This document shows, piece after piece, positions 1-8,438 of a stretch of DNA of 17,243 nt. The notes below the pieces were generated by a model. The model was given only the letters and a program-made list of their open reading frames with translations. It was not told where the DNA came from and searched no databases. Source of the DNA: Candidatus Eiseniibacteriota bacterium. Its GTDB lineage: Bacteria > Eisenbacteria > RBG-16-71-46 > CAIMUX01 > VGJL01. The position numbers were made by a program, and so were the translations under genes. Numbering within the stretch: position 1 is the stretch's first letter; each line of letters opens with the position of its first letter. The stretch is from the NCBI GenBank assembly GCA_041946735.1, contig JBHGAY010000049.1:1-17243 (forward strand), given 5' to 3'.

Positions 1-1449
1 GCCCAGCGCATGCAGCAGGCCGAGGCCCTTCTGGTCGAAGGAGATCGCCTCCGTCACTCGGAGGACTTCACGCGAGAGCACATGGTCGATGCCCTTCGTG
101 CCTTCGACCGGGCCAAGCAGATCGTCCTGGACACGACGCCTCAACGCTACACGCCGGCCCTCCTGCGCTTCATCGATTGGCGGCGAGGAGAATGCTGGTA
201 CTTCCTCGGCGAGCTGGAGTCGGATCCCCGAGGGTTTGAATCCGCGCGGGAATGCTGGCGGACGGCCAACTCCTACCCGTTCGATTCTCGGATCCTCGCC
301 TCTCTCGATCCGCAATCCCCCACCTTCCGGCGGCTACGCGATTTGTGGAGGGGGCAGGCGATCAGTGGACTGGGCCTCGTCGAATCGAAGTTGGGGGAGT
401 TTCGAAATCCTGCACGGCACCTCCGCGTTGCAGTGTGGAGCCACCGAATCGCCTACGAGGCCGCTCTGGACAGCACGGCCTTCGTTCCGATCGCGGGAAG
501 GCACGCGATCCAGCAAGAGAGGATCCGCTTCGCGAGGAACGATCTCGCCGGCTCGCTCCTGCGCCTCGGAGCGACGATCGACAGCATCTGCCACATCGAC
601 GAGGCGATCCGCATCTGTGCGGAAACCGAGCGGACCCGGATGTTCCCGGCGGACCCGTCCGCACATGCCTCGTGCCTCCACAACTGGGGGCTGGCGCTGC
701 TGGAACGTGCCGAGCGGAACGGGTCGGCGGAGGATCTGGCCGGGGCACAGGAGAGATTCGTCCAAGCGATCCAGGTGCGCGAGGCGGGGGCCGCCCGGGT
801 GCGCCACACGGCGAGCCACCGGGAGCTTGCACGCGCGCTCGCGCTTCAGGCCCGTCGCGAGACAGATGCCCGGGCGCGGTCTCGGGGTTTCGCGCAGGCC
901 GAGTCGCTCCTGTGGCGTGGACTGGATTCCCTTCCCGAGGACAGGAGGACCTCGATCGCGGGCTTCCAGAGAGCGACTGCGGCTGCCCTGATCGATCGCG
1001 TAGCGCGGGATGCTGCGGATGCGTCGCAAACGCTGGGACAGGACGCGGTGCACGCCGCCTCCCTGGACGGCCGGCCGGCATCCTTCGTCGATCGCGGCTT
1101 GGTCCTCGCCGACTCCCTTCTCACCGAGGCCTCCGCGAGGGTCGACGCCGGGGATGCGCCGGCGCGTATGGCCTGGATCGAGTTCGAGCGAGGAAGGCTG
1201 GCGCGCGTGCGCTCGTGGGTGGTGCAGGAGCAGGCGGTGCGAGGGCACGGCGGGGATTCGGCCGTGACCGAGGCGACGGCCACAAAAGGGGACGGTTTCC
1301 CGCAGCCTGCCGTGAATGCCCTCGGCGCTGCGTCCGCGTTTCGGGAGGAGGCTCTCCGGCACTTCGAGCTTGCCGACGATCTTCTGCCCGAACCTCAGCA
1401 TCCCGCCCTGCACCGAATGATCCTCGGGGAGATGCGCCTGCTCGACTGA
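1..1449 (+). CDS. TPR-like helical-repeat protein, 5'-partial; possibly the C-terminal region of a Ser/Thr kinase-TPR protein
   Basis: Frame is open from base 1 (GCC CAG CGC ATG...), so the true start is probably outside the window. Ala/Leu/Arg-rich helical repeats with TPR-like segments (ASCLHNWGLALLERAERNGSAEDLAGAQERFVQAIQVR; RNDLAGSLLRLG...IDEAIRIC). The kinase link is inferred only from the adjacent TIGR02999-type ECF. Confidence 0.6.
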   Translation, partial: AQRMQQAEALLVEGDRLRHSEDFTREHMVDALRAFDRAKQIVLDTTPQRYTPALLRFIDWRRGECWYFLGELESDPRGFESARECWRTANSYPFDSRILASLDPQSPTFRRLRDLWRGQAISGLGLVESKLGEFRNPARHLRVAVWSHRIAYEAALDSTAFVPIAGRHAIQQERIRFARNDLAGSLLRLGATIDSICHIDEAIRICAETERTRMFPADPSAHASCLHNWGLALLERAERNGSAEDLAGAQERFVQAIQVREAGAARVRHTASHRELARALALQARRETDARARSRGFAQAESLLWRGLDSLPEDRRTSIAGFQRATAAALIDRVARDAADASQTLGQDAVHAASLDGRPASFVDRGLVLADSLLTEASARVDAGDAPARMAWIEFERGRLARVRSWVVQEQAVRGHGGDSAVTEATATKGDGFPQPAVNALGAASAFREEALRHFELADDLLPEPQHPALHRMILGEMRLLD

Positions 1450-1469
1450 GGGGGGCGAAGCCGGGATTG

Positions 1470-2030
1470 TCAGCGCCCGGCGAGCGCGTCCGGTCCAGGC
1501 GAAGGATGGGACTCATCGAGCTGCATCCGAAGCCAGGCTCGCGCATGTCGCCAATGATGGCGGACCCATCGCTCCGTGATCCCGAGCCGCTCACCGATCT
1601 CGGCCTCGGTCATGCCGCCGTAGAACCGGCAGACCACGACCTCCGCGGCGGTCGCGTCGCGGGACTCCAGCTGCTCTAGAGCCATTTCGAGGGCGAGCAG
1701 GTCGACGATGCCGTCCCGGGCCAGGGCGACGTCATCGAAGAGCGTGATGCGCGCCCAGTCGCCACCCCGCTTGTCGGCGAGATGACGTCGGGCGTGGTCG
1801 ATCAAGATCCGCCGCATCGCCTCCGCGGCGACGGCGAGCAGGTGACACCGGCTCGCGTATTCGACCGATTCCTGCCGACAGAGTTTCAGGAACACCTCGT
1901 GCACCAATGCGGTCGGCTGCAGGGTGTGATCCTGTCGCTCGTTCAGAAGCCGGGCGCGTGCGAGCGCCCTCAACTCGTCGTAGATCAGCGGGATGAGACT
2001 CGCGAGGTTCTTCTCGGCGGGGCGGTCCAT
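1470..2030 (-). CDS. ECF RNA polymerase sigma factor, TIGR02999 / Sigma70_ECF type
   Basis: Family motifs LIPLIYDELRALARARL...HTLQPTALVHEVFLKL, AAEAMRRILIDHARRHLADKRGG, and region 4 VVVCRFYGGMTEAEIGERLGITERWVRHHWRHARAWL. Confidence 0.93.
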   Translation of the reverse strand: MDRPAEKNLASLIPLIYDELRALARARLLNERQDHTLQPTALVHEVFLKLCRQESVEYASRCHLLAVAAEAMRRILIDHARRHLADKRGGDWARITLFDDVALARDGIVDLLALEMALEQLESRDATAAEVVVCRFYGGMTEAEIGERLGITERWVRHHWRHARAWLRMQLDESHPSPGPDALAGR

Positions 2031-2038
2031 CGGCAGGA

Positions 2039-2044
2039 ATCATA
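2039..2044 (-). promoter_or_regulatory. Candidate -10 element (TATGAT) 8 nt upstream of the ECF ATG; possible leaderless or very short-leader transcript
   Basis: Minus strand reads GG-TATGAT-TCCTGCCG-ATG. No Shine-Dalgarno and no well-spaced -35 seen. Confidence 0.3.
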
Positions 2045-2309
2045 CCGGAAATCGGAACGCCCGGGCGACAACCCCACCTCCCCGGCCAATCCGGCCTATT
2101 CCGAGTTCCGGTTCGATGCTGCTTTCGCGCGTGATGGGACGGAGGCACGCCGGGGCGGCGTGGAGGTGGGACGGACCGCGACCGTTGACTCTTGCGAACC
2201 TTGACCCGTCTCGCCTCGTCTCCATTTCCAGGAGGGAAGCTGCGGCGTCGAAAGAAACGGGAGAGCGACGGCGCCCCAAGCCTCACCCGCGGTCCCCCAC
2301 AGACCCTGT

Positions 2310-4844
2310 CTACCGGCGGACGGCGATCTTGCGCACCTGCTCCTGCCCGGAGGACGCCGTCCGCAACCGCACGAAGTAGATCCCGCCGGGGACGGGACGG
2401 CCGCCGCGGTCGATACCGTCCCAGAGGAGCGAATGGCGGCCGGCCTCGCGTGGCGCGCCGTCTCCGTCCCCTCCAAGGACCGCGACAACGCGCCCGCGCA
2501 CGTCGACGATCGTGAGGCTCGCCCGCGCGGCCGCCGGCAGCTCGAAGACGATCCGAGCGCTCGAGGCGGTCGGATTCGGCACGGGCGCCTCGAGGACGAG
2601 ATCGCCCCCGGCGTCCCCCCCGGCGTCGCCCCCCGCGTCGCCGCTCCCCGACTCGGAATCGTCCGGCGCGCCCGCGAGGCTCCCTGACGTCTCGAAATAC
2701 CAACTCGCCTCGGTGGCGAGCGGGCGTCCCTCTTGATCGGTGGCGGTGCGTGCCAGCTCCGCGTGGTAGATCGTCTGCGGCTCGAGGATCCCCGCGGGCC
2801 GGAAGCGCAGGCGCCGGTCGCCGTCGTGCCACTCGAAGCTGCCTTCGACGGCCGGCGTGAGCTCGAACGCCGCCTCGGTCGTCTCGTGGTCCATCGGGTT
2901 GTTGAAGACGAGATCGATCGGCGAGGTGACCGACACATCGTCTCCCAGCGGCGTGTAACCGACGACGAGCGGCTCGCTCGACAGCGCGACCGCGTCGCGC
3001 CAGAGGATCTCGGTCAGCTCCTGCCGGTCGCGTCCGTAGCCGCCCCATTGATAGAACGAATACGCGACCGACTCTCCGGATGAGAGGATGCCGAAACGCC
3101 GCTCGAAGAAGAGGTTCTCCATGTCGGCGCAGGCCCCGGACGGGACGATCGGATACTCGCCGGTGAAGTTGCCGAGCGGCGCGTCGCAGAGGAAGAAGGT
3201 GTTCGTGGGCATCGAGTCGTCCGAGCCGTCGGGAAGCACCGCGCCGATCGAGTAGAACGAGGTCCGGTCGAAGGCGGCGAGCCAGTTGCCGTCGATCTGC
3301 GCCGCGCCGAATCCGTGCTCCCCTCCGTAGGCAGAGTCGTCGTTCGGCAGGGCTCCGCGATCGTCCTCCTGGCGGTCCGATCCGGGCGCGCTCCCATAGA
3401 GCCACTGCTCGCGACCCCACACGAAGTCGAAGTCGTGGCTCGCCGCGTCGATGTTCTCGATCTCGTAGTCGTGCCGGAAGAGGCGGCTCTCCGCCGAGAA
3501 GACGACATGACGCCGCACGAGGACCTTGTCCGCAAGGCCATAGATGCCGCCCGAGACGAACCGGAACGCGAGCGAAGAGAGATCGCCCGAGTCGAACCAG
3601 GAGAGCGCGTCGCCCGTCCACTTGATGTTGCTCGGGTAGGTCCCCGTTCCGTCGTTGAACGCAGCGTCGTCGAGGTGCACCGCGACCCGCTCCATGCAGT
3701 CGACCGAGTGCGGCGCGCCGGTCTCCAGATCGGTGACGTGGAGGTCGACGATACAGCCCGGACCGTGGGGGGACGAGAAGCCCGAGCCGAGGATGGCGGT
3801 GTGGATGTAGCGGTTCCAGACGAGGTAGCCGTTACGAAAGTCCCGGAGTCCGATGTCGCCGGTTTGATAGCGATCGATTCGGAGCGCCGCGAGGTCGCTC
3901 GGAGCGTCGAACGCGATCGTCGCACGCGTGACAGTCCCGAGGGTCAGATTGCACGTGAAGGTGATGACGTTGTTCACCACCGAGACATTCGATACCCCAT
4001 TGCCGGTGACCGTCACTCCGGAGATCGCGTTCCCCAGCGGCAGGATCGGGATCCGAATCTGTGCATCGGCGACGGAGGACGAGCGGACGAGCCCCAGGTC
4101 GCGGATCTCGTGGTGGTAGTCGCCGCCCGGACCGTTCGGCGTGACGACGAAGGCCGTGTAGGAGTCGTTGATATCCTGGCCCCCGCCGGTCGTGATCCCG
4201 GTCCAGCGGCGCACGCTGTACAAGGAGAAGGACGGAGAATCGTCGCTGCCGTTCTCGGCGCCCCGCCATGCGCTCGCCGTCGCCGTGTAGTTGCCGGTCG
4301 GACGCGCCTCGCCCTCTCCCGCGCCGATCTCGAAGAGGCCCGTGTAGCGCCCATCGCCGGCGATCGCGTCGGGGGCGACGCCGTCGTCGGCCAGGCGGGC
4401 GCGGACGCGCGGGTTGGCGGCCGAGACGACGATGACCGAGTCGCAGTCGACAACGAGGACCCCTTCGCGGCGCACCTCCGCCGTGGCGGTGATCGTCCCG
4501 AACCAGGAGTAGGCCGTGCGGTCGACCGTCGTCGTGACCTCGAGGACGGCGAAGCGTGGATCCCCCGCCGGGAGGATCGCCAGCGTCGCCGGCGGATCCT
4601 CGGGGTTCACGTATCCGAGTGGCAGGTCCGGGGCCGTCTCGACGTCGTAGCCGTACGGCTCCGGGCTCTCCTTGCCCCACGGGTTCCACATTCCGGGAGG
4701 GATGGGCTCGTCCCGGTTCGCGGCAGTCGCTTCACGGGCATCGGAGAAGCCGGCGACGACGGCCAGGAGGGAGAGGAGAAAGAGGGCGGGTGCGATCGAT
4801 GCGATTCGGACGCTCCGGTTGCGCCGGTGCGATCGGGCCTTCAC
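2310..4844 (-). CDS. Large secreted protein: signal peptide, choice-of-anchor X-like motif, unknown beta-rich core, Big_5/SbsA-like Ig domain, C-terminal FlgD-Ig/T9SS-like domain
   Basis: Probable GTG start at 4844 after AGGAAAGGGG. Basic N-terminus and hydrophobic stretch (IASIAPALFLLSLLAVVAG). LADDGVAPDAIAGDGRYTG matches the DDG..D..A.DG.Y motif. TPLGDDVSVTSPIDLVFNNPMD...LRFRPAGILEPQTIY is Big_5-like. PNPTASSARIVFELP...LTIVDVRGRVV...WDGIDRGGRPVPGGIYFVRL is FlgD-Ig/CTD-like. Confidence 0.85.
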   Translation of the reverse strand: MKARSHRRNRSVRIASIAPALFLLSLLAVVAGFSDAREATAANRDEPIPPGMWNPWGKESPEPYGYDVETAPDLPLGYVNPEDPPATLAILPAGDPRFAVLEVTTTVDRTAYSWFGTITATAEVRREGVLVVDCDSVIVVSAANPRVRARLADDGVAPDAIAGDGRYTGLFEIGAGEGEARPTGNYTATASAWRGAENGSDDSPSFSLYSVRRWTGITTGGGQDINDSYTAFVVTPNGPGGDYHHEIRDLGLVRSSSVADAQIRIPILPLGNAISGVTVTGNGVSNVSVVNNVITFTCNLTLGTVTRATIAFDAPSDLAALRIDRYQTGDIGLRDFRNGYLVWNRYIHTAILGSGFSSPHGPGCIVDLHVTDLETGAPHSVDCMERVAVHLDDAAFNDGTGTYPSNIKWTGDALSWFDSGDLSSLAFRFVSGGIYGLADKVLVRRHVVFSAESRLFRHDYEIENIDAASHDFDFVWGREQWLYGSAPGSDRQEDDRGALPNDDSAYGGEHGFGAAQIDGNWLAAFDRTSFYSIGAVLPDGSDDSMPTNTFFLCDAPLGNFTGEYPIVPSGACADMENLFFERRFGILSSGESVAYSFYQWGGYGRDRQELTEILWRDAVALSSEPLVVGYTPLGDDVSVTSPIDLVFNNPMDHETTEAAFELTPAVEGSFEWHDGDRRLRFRPAGILEPQTIYHAELARTATDQEGRPLATEASWYFETSGSLAGAPDDSESGSGDAGGDAGGDAGGDLVLEAPVPNPTASSARIVFELPAAARASLTIVDVRGRVVAVLGGDGDGAPREAGRHSLLWDGIDRGGRPVPGGIYFVRLRTASSGQEQVRKIAVRR
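2601..2643 (-). repeat. Imperfect 12-bp tandem repeat encoding a (GDAG)x3 linker before the C-terminal domain
   Basis: Protein reads SGSGDAGGDAGGDAGGDL. DNA shows repeated GGCGACGC/GGGGACGC units. Confidence 0.6.
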
Positions 4845-4904
4845 GGGGATCCCCTTTCCTGATGCTGAGCCGAGTCGCGGGATCTCGATCCGCCCGCGCA
4901 AATG

Positions 4905-4928
4905 GTTGTGACGTTGCGATGTTGCGAC
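4905..4928. repeat. Three tandem 8-mers GTTGYGAY upstream of the large secreted protein gene
   Basis: GTTGTGAC-GTTGCGAT-GTTGCGAC at 4905-4928, about 60 nt upstream of the GTG at 4844. Confidence 0.5.
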
Positions 4929-5100
4929 AGCCCGCTCGGCCTTCGCTCGCGGACGAGTGCATGCGAACGAGCAAGAAAGAGGATATCGCCGCTGAGCGCG
5001 AACGGTCAAGCCGACGGCGGGATCGCTTCGTGCCTTGGCGGGATCGAGGCCGCGAGCCGGCCGCTGCGCATCGCCGGCATTGCGAGGGAACGCTGCTTCC

Positions 5101-5661
5101 TCAATTGCGGAACATCGCCTTGATCCGGCCCCATGTGACGCTCTGCTCGCCGCATCGGGACAGGAAAGTGCGAGTCAGCACTCCACACCCGCAGATGCAG
5201 ACGTCCTCCAGAGCCCTCCGAATGCCCTGTGCTCTGACCGTATCTCCGCTGGCGAAGCCGCCCAGGTCATCGATCAAGATGCGCTGGCCAGGTTGTTCAA
5301 GGGGAGCCCACGTATAGCAGCCCGAGTCGACCCCGAAGCTTTTCACGACTCCACAACCAAGGTCCTCGGGTTCGCACTGGCCAAAGCGCACGTTTACGAA
5401 CTTCAGGAACAGCAGCGGAATCCCGCCGCACGTCGCCTCTTCATAGACGAGCTCGCCAGACGCGAACAGCTCGGCTCCGATCTGCACCTGCACGGTGTCC
5501 GGCAGAAGGTACATGTCTTCTGCGGGCCAATATGTCTCGAAGTATGTGCAGCCCTGCCAGCTCTTCACCGTTCCGCATCCCTGATATTCCTCGCCCCCCA
5601 CAGCCGTTGCCACGATCGCAGAGACAGAAAGCGCCACCAGGAAACTCAGGATTCCTCGCAT
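5101..5661 (-). CDS. Small secreted Cys-rich protein with two internal repeats and a C-terminal TWGxIKxxF tail
   Basis: Strong RBS AGAAGGAGG-N5-ATG(5661). Signal peptide MRGILSFLVALSVSAIVATA. Two repeats begin GCGTVKSWQGC and GCGVVKSFGVDSGC. Ends SVTWGRIKAMFRN. Confidence 0.85.
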   Translation of the reverse strand: MRGILSFLVALSVSAIVATAVGGEEYQGCGTVKSWQGCTYFETYWPAEDMYLLPDTVQVQIGAELFASGELVYEEATCGGIPLLFLKFVNVRFGQCEPEDLGCGVVKSFGVDSGCYTWAPLEQPGQRILIDDLGGFASGDTVRAQGIRRALEDVCICGCGVLTRTFLSRCGEQSVTWGRIKAMFRN

Positions 5662-5718
5662 GTCGGCCTCCTTCTGCGAACTGAGCACTGTACTTGCGCC
5701 CTCCGTCCGGACCGCTCT

Positions 5719-6513
5719 TCACTCCCCCGGCAACGCCCTCAGATACCCCCCATCGATCAGCCCGCGGAAGTGCATCACGAGGCTCCCGGCGAGCGCGCGA
5801 TCGCGCACCAGCAGACCGACCTCGATGTTCCGGTCGAGCGCGGCCTCGGTCAGGTTCGCCGACGTGACGAACACGACGTTCTCGTCAGCGACGACGGCCT
5901 TCGCGTGCAGCACGCCGCCCGGCGCCTCCTGCCCGAGCGCGCGCGGATCGTAGAACACATGCGGCCGCGCTGTCCCCGGCCACTCGACCGACCAGAATCG
6001 ATCCGCGAAGCGCCGCACGAGCTGATCCGCCGCCGTCGTGTCCCCCCGCTTGCGCTGGATGTTGAGCAGCAAGTGGACGTCCAGCCCCGGCGCGTCGTCC
6101 ATCCGTCGCGCCAGCACCTCGAACGCCCGCGGACCGTCGAAGAACGCGTAGCTGCTCACCCACAGCGAGCGTTCCGCCGACCCGAGCAGCTCCTCGTAGA
6201 CCCTCCGCGTGTCCCGCGCATGCAGTCCCGGCACCTCAGGTCCCGACCAGACCAGATCTGCCTGCGGAGCGAGCGCGCTCGCCTTCCCCATCGTCCGGAT
6301 CCACGCGCCAGCCGCCCGCCCCGTCACACCGAGCCGCGCAAGCTCCGCGAGCCCGGCCGTGACGATATCGAGCGCCGCGGCATCGGCGCTCCCGAGCGCC
6401 GAGCGCAACGCCGCCGCTGGCGGCGCCCCCGCGCCGTCCAGCTGCCCCAACTCGAGCGCGTCCGCCAGGCGCTCCCGCAGATGCGCCGGGACTTGGAGCA
6501 GCAGGTCGATCAC
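5719..6513 (-). CDS. drmC: DISARM phospholipase D-like nuclease DrmC
   Basis: GTG start at 6513 overlaps the drmB TGA (GTGA), giving 264 aa; the longer 7140 ORF start is an artefact. Motifs DLVWSGP...RDT, single HKD motif LHAKAVVAD followed by TSANLT...N.EVG. Lies directly after the DUF1998 gene. Confidence 0.92.
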   Translation of the reverse strand: MIDLLLQVPAHLRERLADALELGQLDGAGAPPAAALRSALGSADAAALDIVTAGLAELARLGVTGRAAGAWIRTMGKASALAPQADLVWSGPEVPGLHARDTRRVYEELLGSAERSLWVSSYAFFDGPRAFEVLARRMDDAPGLDVHLLLNIQRKRGDTTAADQLVRRFADRFWSVEWPGTARPHVFYDPRALGQEAPGGVLHAKAVVADENVVFVTSANLTEAALDRNIEVGLLVRDRALAGSLVMHFRGLIDGGYLRALPGE

Positions 6514-8438
6514 CGCACGCCCCCTGCCGAGTCTCCCAACACACCGCCCCCGAAGAACGCCGCGTTCGCGACGCCCAGCACCGGCACGACCAGCGCCCGA
6601 TCGAGGTAGTCGTTGCGCATCTCGCAGCTCGTTTCGGCGACCAGGGCGCAGCCGTGGCAGGCGGCTCCATGCAGCCATCGCTGCTCCATGCTCTCGCCCG
6701 GCAGGTGGCCCGCGCAGATCGGGTCGTTGGAGCAGAGCGCCGCGACGCGCAACGCGTAAGCGAGATGCTCCTCGAAGTCCCGCGCCTGCTGCACGAGGCC
6801 TCCCAGGGTGCCATCGGCGTCCGGGCTCCCGGTGAACAGCAGGATGCCGAAGCGCCCGCCCTGCACATCCGAGTAGACCCGCTCGCGGATCGAGCTGGCC
6901 GGGTAGCCGCATCGCATCGCGAGCGACTGGAGCAACAGGTGAGACAGCGTATGCAGCAGCACGTACGGCCCGCCCGGAAACAGGCGCTTGCTCTTGTGGG
7001 CCTTCGCCCAGCGCGCGTGCCCGCTCGCGAGCCGTTCGAGCCGCTCTCCGACTCCGTCCCTCTCGAGCCATGCTCGGACCGCCTCGGCCCGAAGCTGCAC
7101 GAAGATCCCCTCGCCCCGGTTCTCCACGGCGGGGAACCACGCCGGCTCGATCGCAAGCGACGCGCGCTCCACGTCGCTCTCGTACTCCCCGTTGATGTCC
7201 GGCATCACCGCCTCGAGGCGCGTGAAGCCGGCGAGGGCCAATACCTCGCGCAGCCGGTGGAGCTGCACGACCGCTTCAACGCCCGTCGAGGCGCCTGCCC
7301 GCGCCTCCCTCCGCCTCCACATCCGATCCGGCAGGCGCCGCGCATGAAAGTCCGGATCGATCGGGACGTCGTCGCCGAACCCCTCCGGCGCGGCGACCAA
7401 CGCATCGAGCTCCACCTGCTTGACCGGCCGGTCCGCGGCGCCGCCCCCGCGCTTCCAGCCGCGGATCGCCGCCAGCACCTCCTCGTCCGCGAACGGCGCG
7501 AGACGCTCCGCGACCTGCGGCTTCCTCTTCATGAAGCCCAAACCCGCCGCATCGTCGACGATCTGCAAGTCGTCCCACAGCTCCCGCACCACCGTCTCCA
7601 CGGCGGTCCCGCGATCCGGAAGCGACAGGACGCTGACGACCTGCGGGAAGTAGGCGTTCGACGCGGTCCGGATCAAGAGGCGGCTCGGCTGGTTGCAGTC
7701 CTCGCCGGCGTGACGACCCAGCCACGGCCGCGCTCCGCTGCACGTCCCGAGGGGAACGATCTCGAGGAGCGTCGCCTCGTAGAGGCTGCGCTGCTTGCCG
7801 CACTCGCATCGGACGACCAGGTCGCCGAGGTCGCCGCTCGTCCCGCGCTCGTCGAGCCAGAGCTGCCTCCGGCACGCGACCGCTCCCGCGCCCACCGCGT
7901 CCGCGCCCGCCGCGCCCGACGCGCCCGCCGCCGCGCCCGCGACCGCGCCCGCCGCCGCGCTCGCCCCATGCACGAACGCGTACCAATCGACGTCGTCGAC
8001 GTGGCCGCGCGGACAGGCGCGCACGAAACGGGTCGCGACGACCTCGCGGCCGTCGAAGCGCCCCCTGCCATCGAGCTTCTTGCGGTGCACCAGCCGGCGC
8101 GAGCGCTCCCGCTCCTGGCCGCCGCCCCGCACAGCCTCCTCCTGCACGACGAACCACTCCGGGAAGCGCCAAGCGCCGATCCCCCGCACCGGGTCCCGGG
8201 GATCGTTCGAGTCGGCCGGAGGCGCATAGAGCCGCGGGTTTGCCACGCCGGTCATCGTCTGGAGCTTCTGCGCGAGACGCGGCTCCACGATCTCCTCGAG
8301 CTCCGCGGTCTTCGGCCAGTTGCCGCCGTCGAGCCCGCCGACGATCGCCGAATCGCGCGGCAGGTCGATCAACGCGCCGGGACCGTAGGTCGTGATCACC
8401 TGCCCGCGCCGGATCTGCCCCTCGACTTTGCGGTTCAT
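6510..8438 (-). CDS. drmB: DISARM DUF1998-domain protein DrmB
   Basis: N-terminal IRRGQVITTYGPGALIDLP, RFVRACPRGHVDD, LLHTLSHLL, and C-terminal DUF1998 Cys cluster CSNDPIC...AACHGC..VAETSCE..N..LDR. ATG overlaps the drmA stop (ATGA at 8435-8438). Confidence 0.95.
   Translation of the reverse strand: MNRKVEGQIRRGQVITTYGPGALIDLPRDSAIVGGLDGGNWPKTAELEEIVEPRLAQKLQTMTGVANPRLYAPPADSNDPRDPVRGIGAWRFPEWFVVQEEAVRGGGQERERSRRLVHRKKLDGRGRFDGREVVATRFVRACPRGHVDDVDWYAFVHGASAAAGAVAGAAAGASGAAGADAVGAGAVACRRQLWLDERGTSGDLGDLVVRCECGKQRSLYEATLLEIVPLGTCSGARPWLGRHAGEDCNQPSRLLIRTASNAYFPQVVSVLSLPDRGTAVETVVRELWDDLQIVDDAAGLGFMKRKPQVAERLAPFADEEVLAAIRGWKRGGGAADRPVKQVELDALVAAPEGFGDDVPIDPDFHARRLPDRMWRRREARAGASTGVEAVVQLHRLREVLALAGFTRLEAVMPDINGEYESDVERASLAIEPAWFPAVENRGEGIFVQLRAEAVRAWLERDGVGERLERLASGHARWAKAHKSKRLFPGGPYVLLHTLSHLLLQSLAMRCGYPASSIRERVYSDVQGGRFGILLFTGSPDADGTLGGLVQQARDFEEHLAYALRVAALCSNDPICAGHLPGESMEQRWLHGAACHGCALVAETSCEMRNDYLDRALVVPVLGVANAAFFGGGVLGDSAGGVR
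7875..7964 (-). repeat. Low-complexity GCGCCC-rich repeat encoding a 30-aa Ala/Gly tract inside DrmB
   Basis: Encodes ASAAAGAVAGAAAGASGAAGADAVGAGAVA between FVHG and CRRQLWLDE. Confidence 0.75.

Noticed and set aside
2070..2115. Short repeated CCGGCC(A/T)AT / TTCCG motifs upstream of the ECF gene
   Set aside because: Too short and degenerate to distinguish from chance in GC-rich DNA.
6514..7140. N-terminal 209 aa of the 473-aa ORF 5719-7140
   Set aside because: Arg/Gly/Ala-rich off-frame overlap with drmB. The real drmC start is the GTG at 6513 coupled to the drmB stop.
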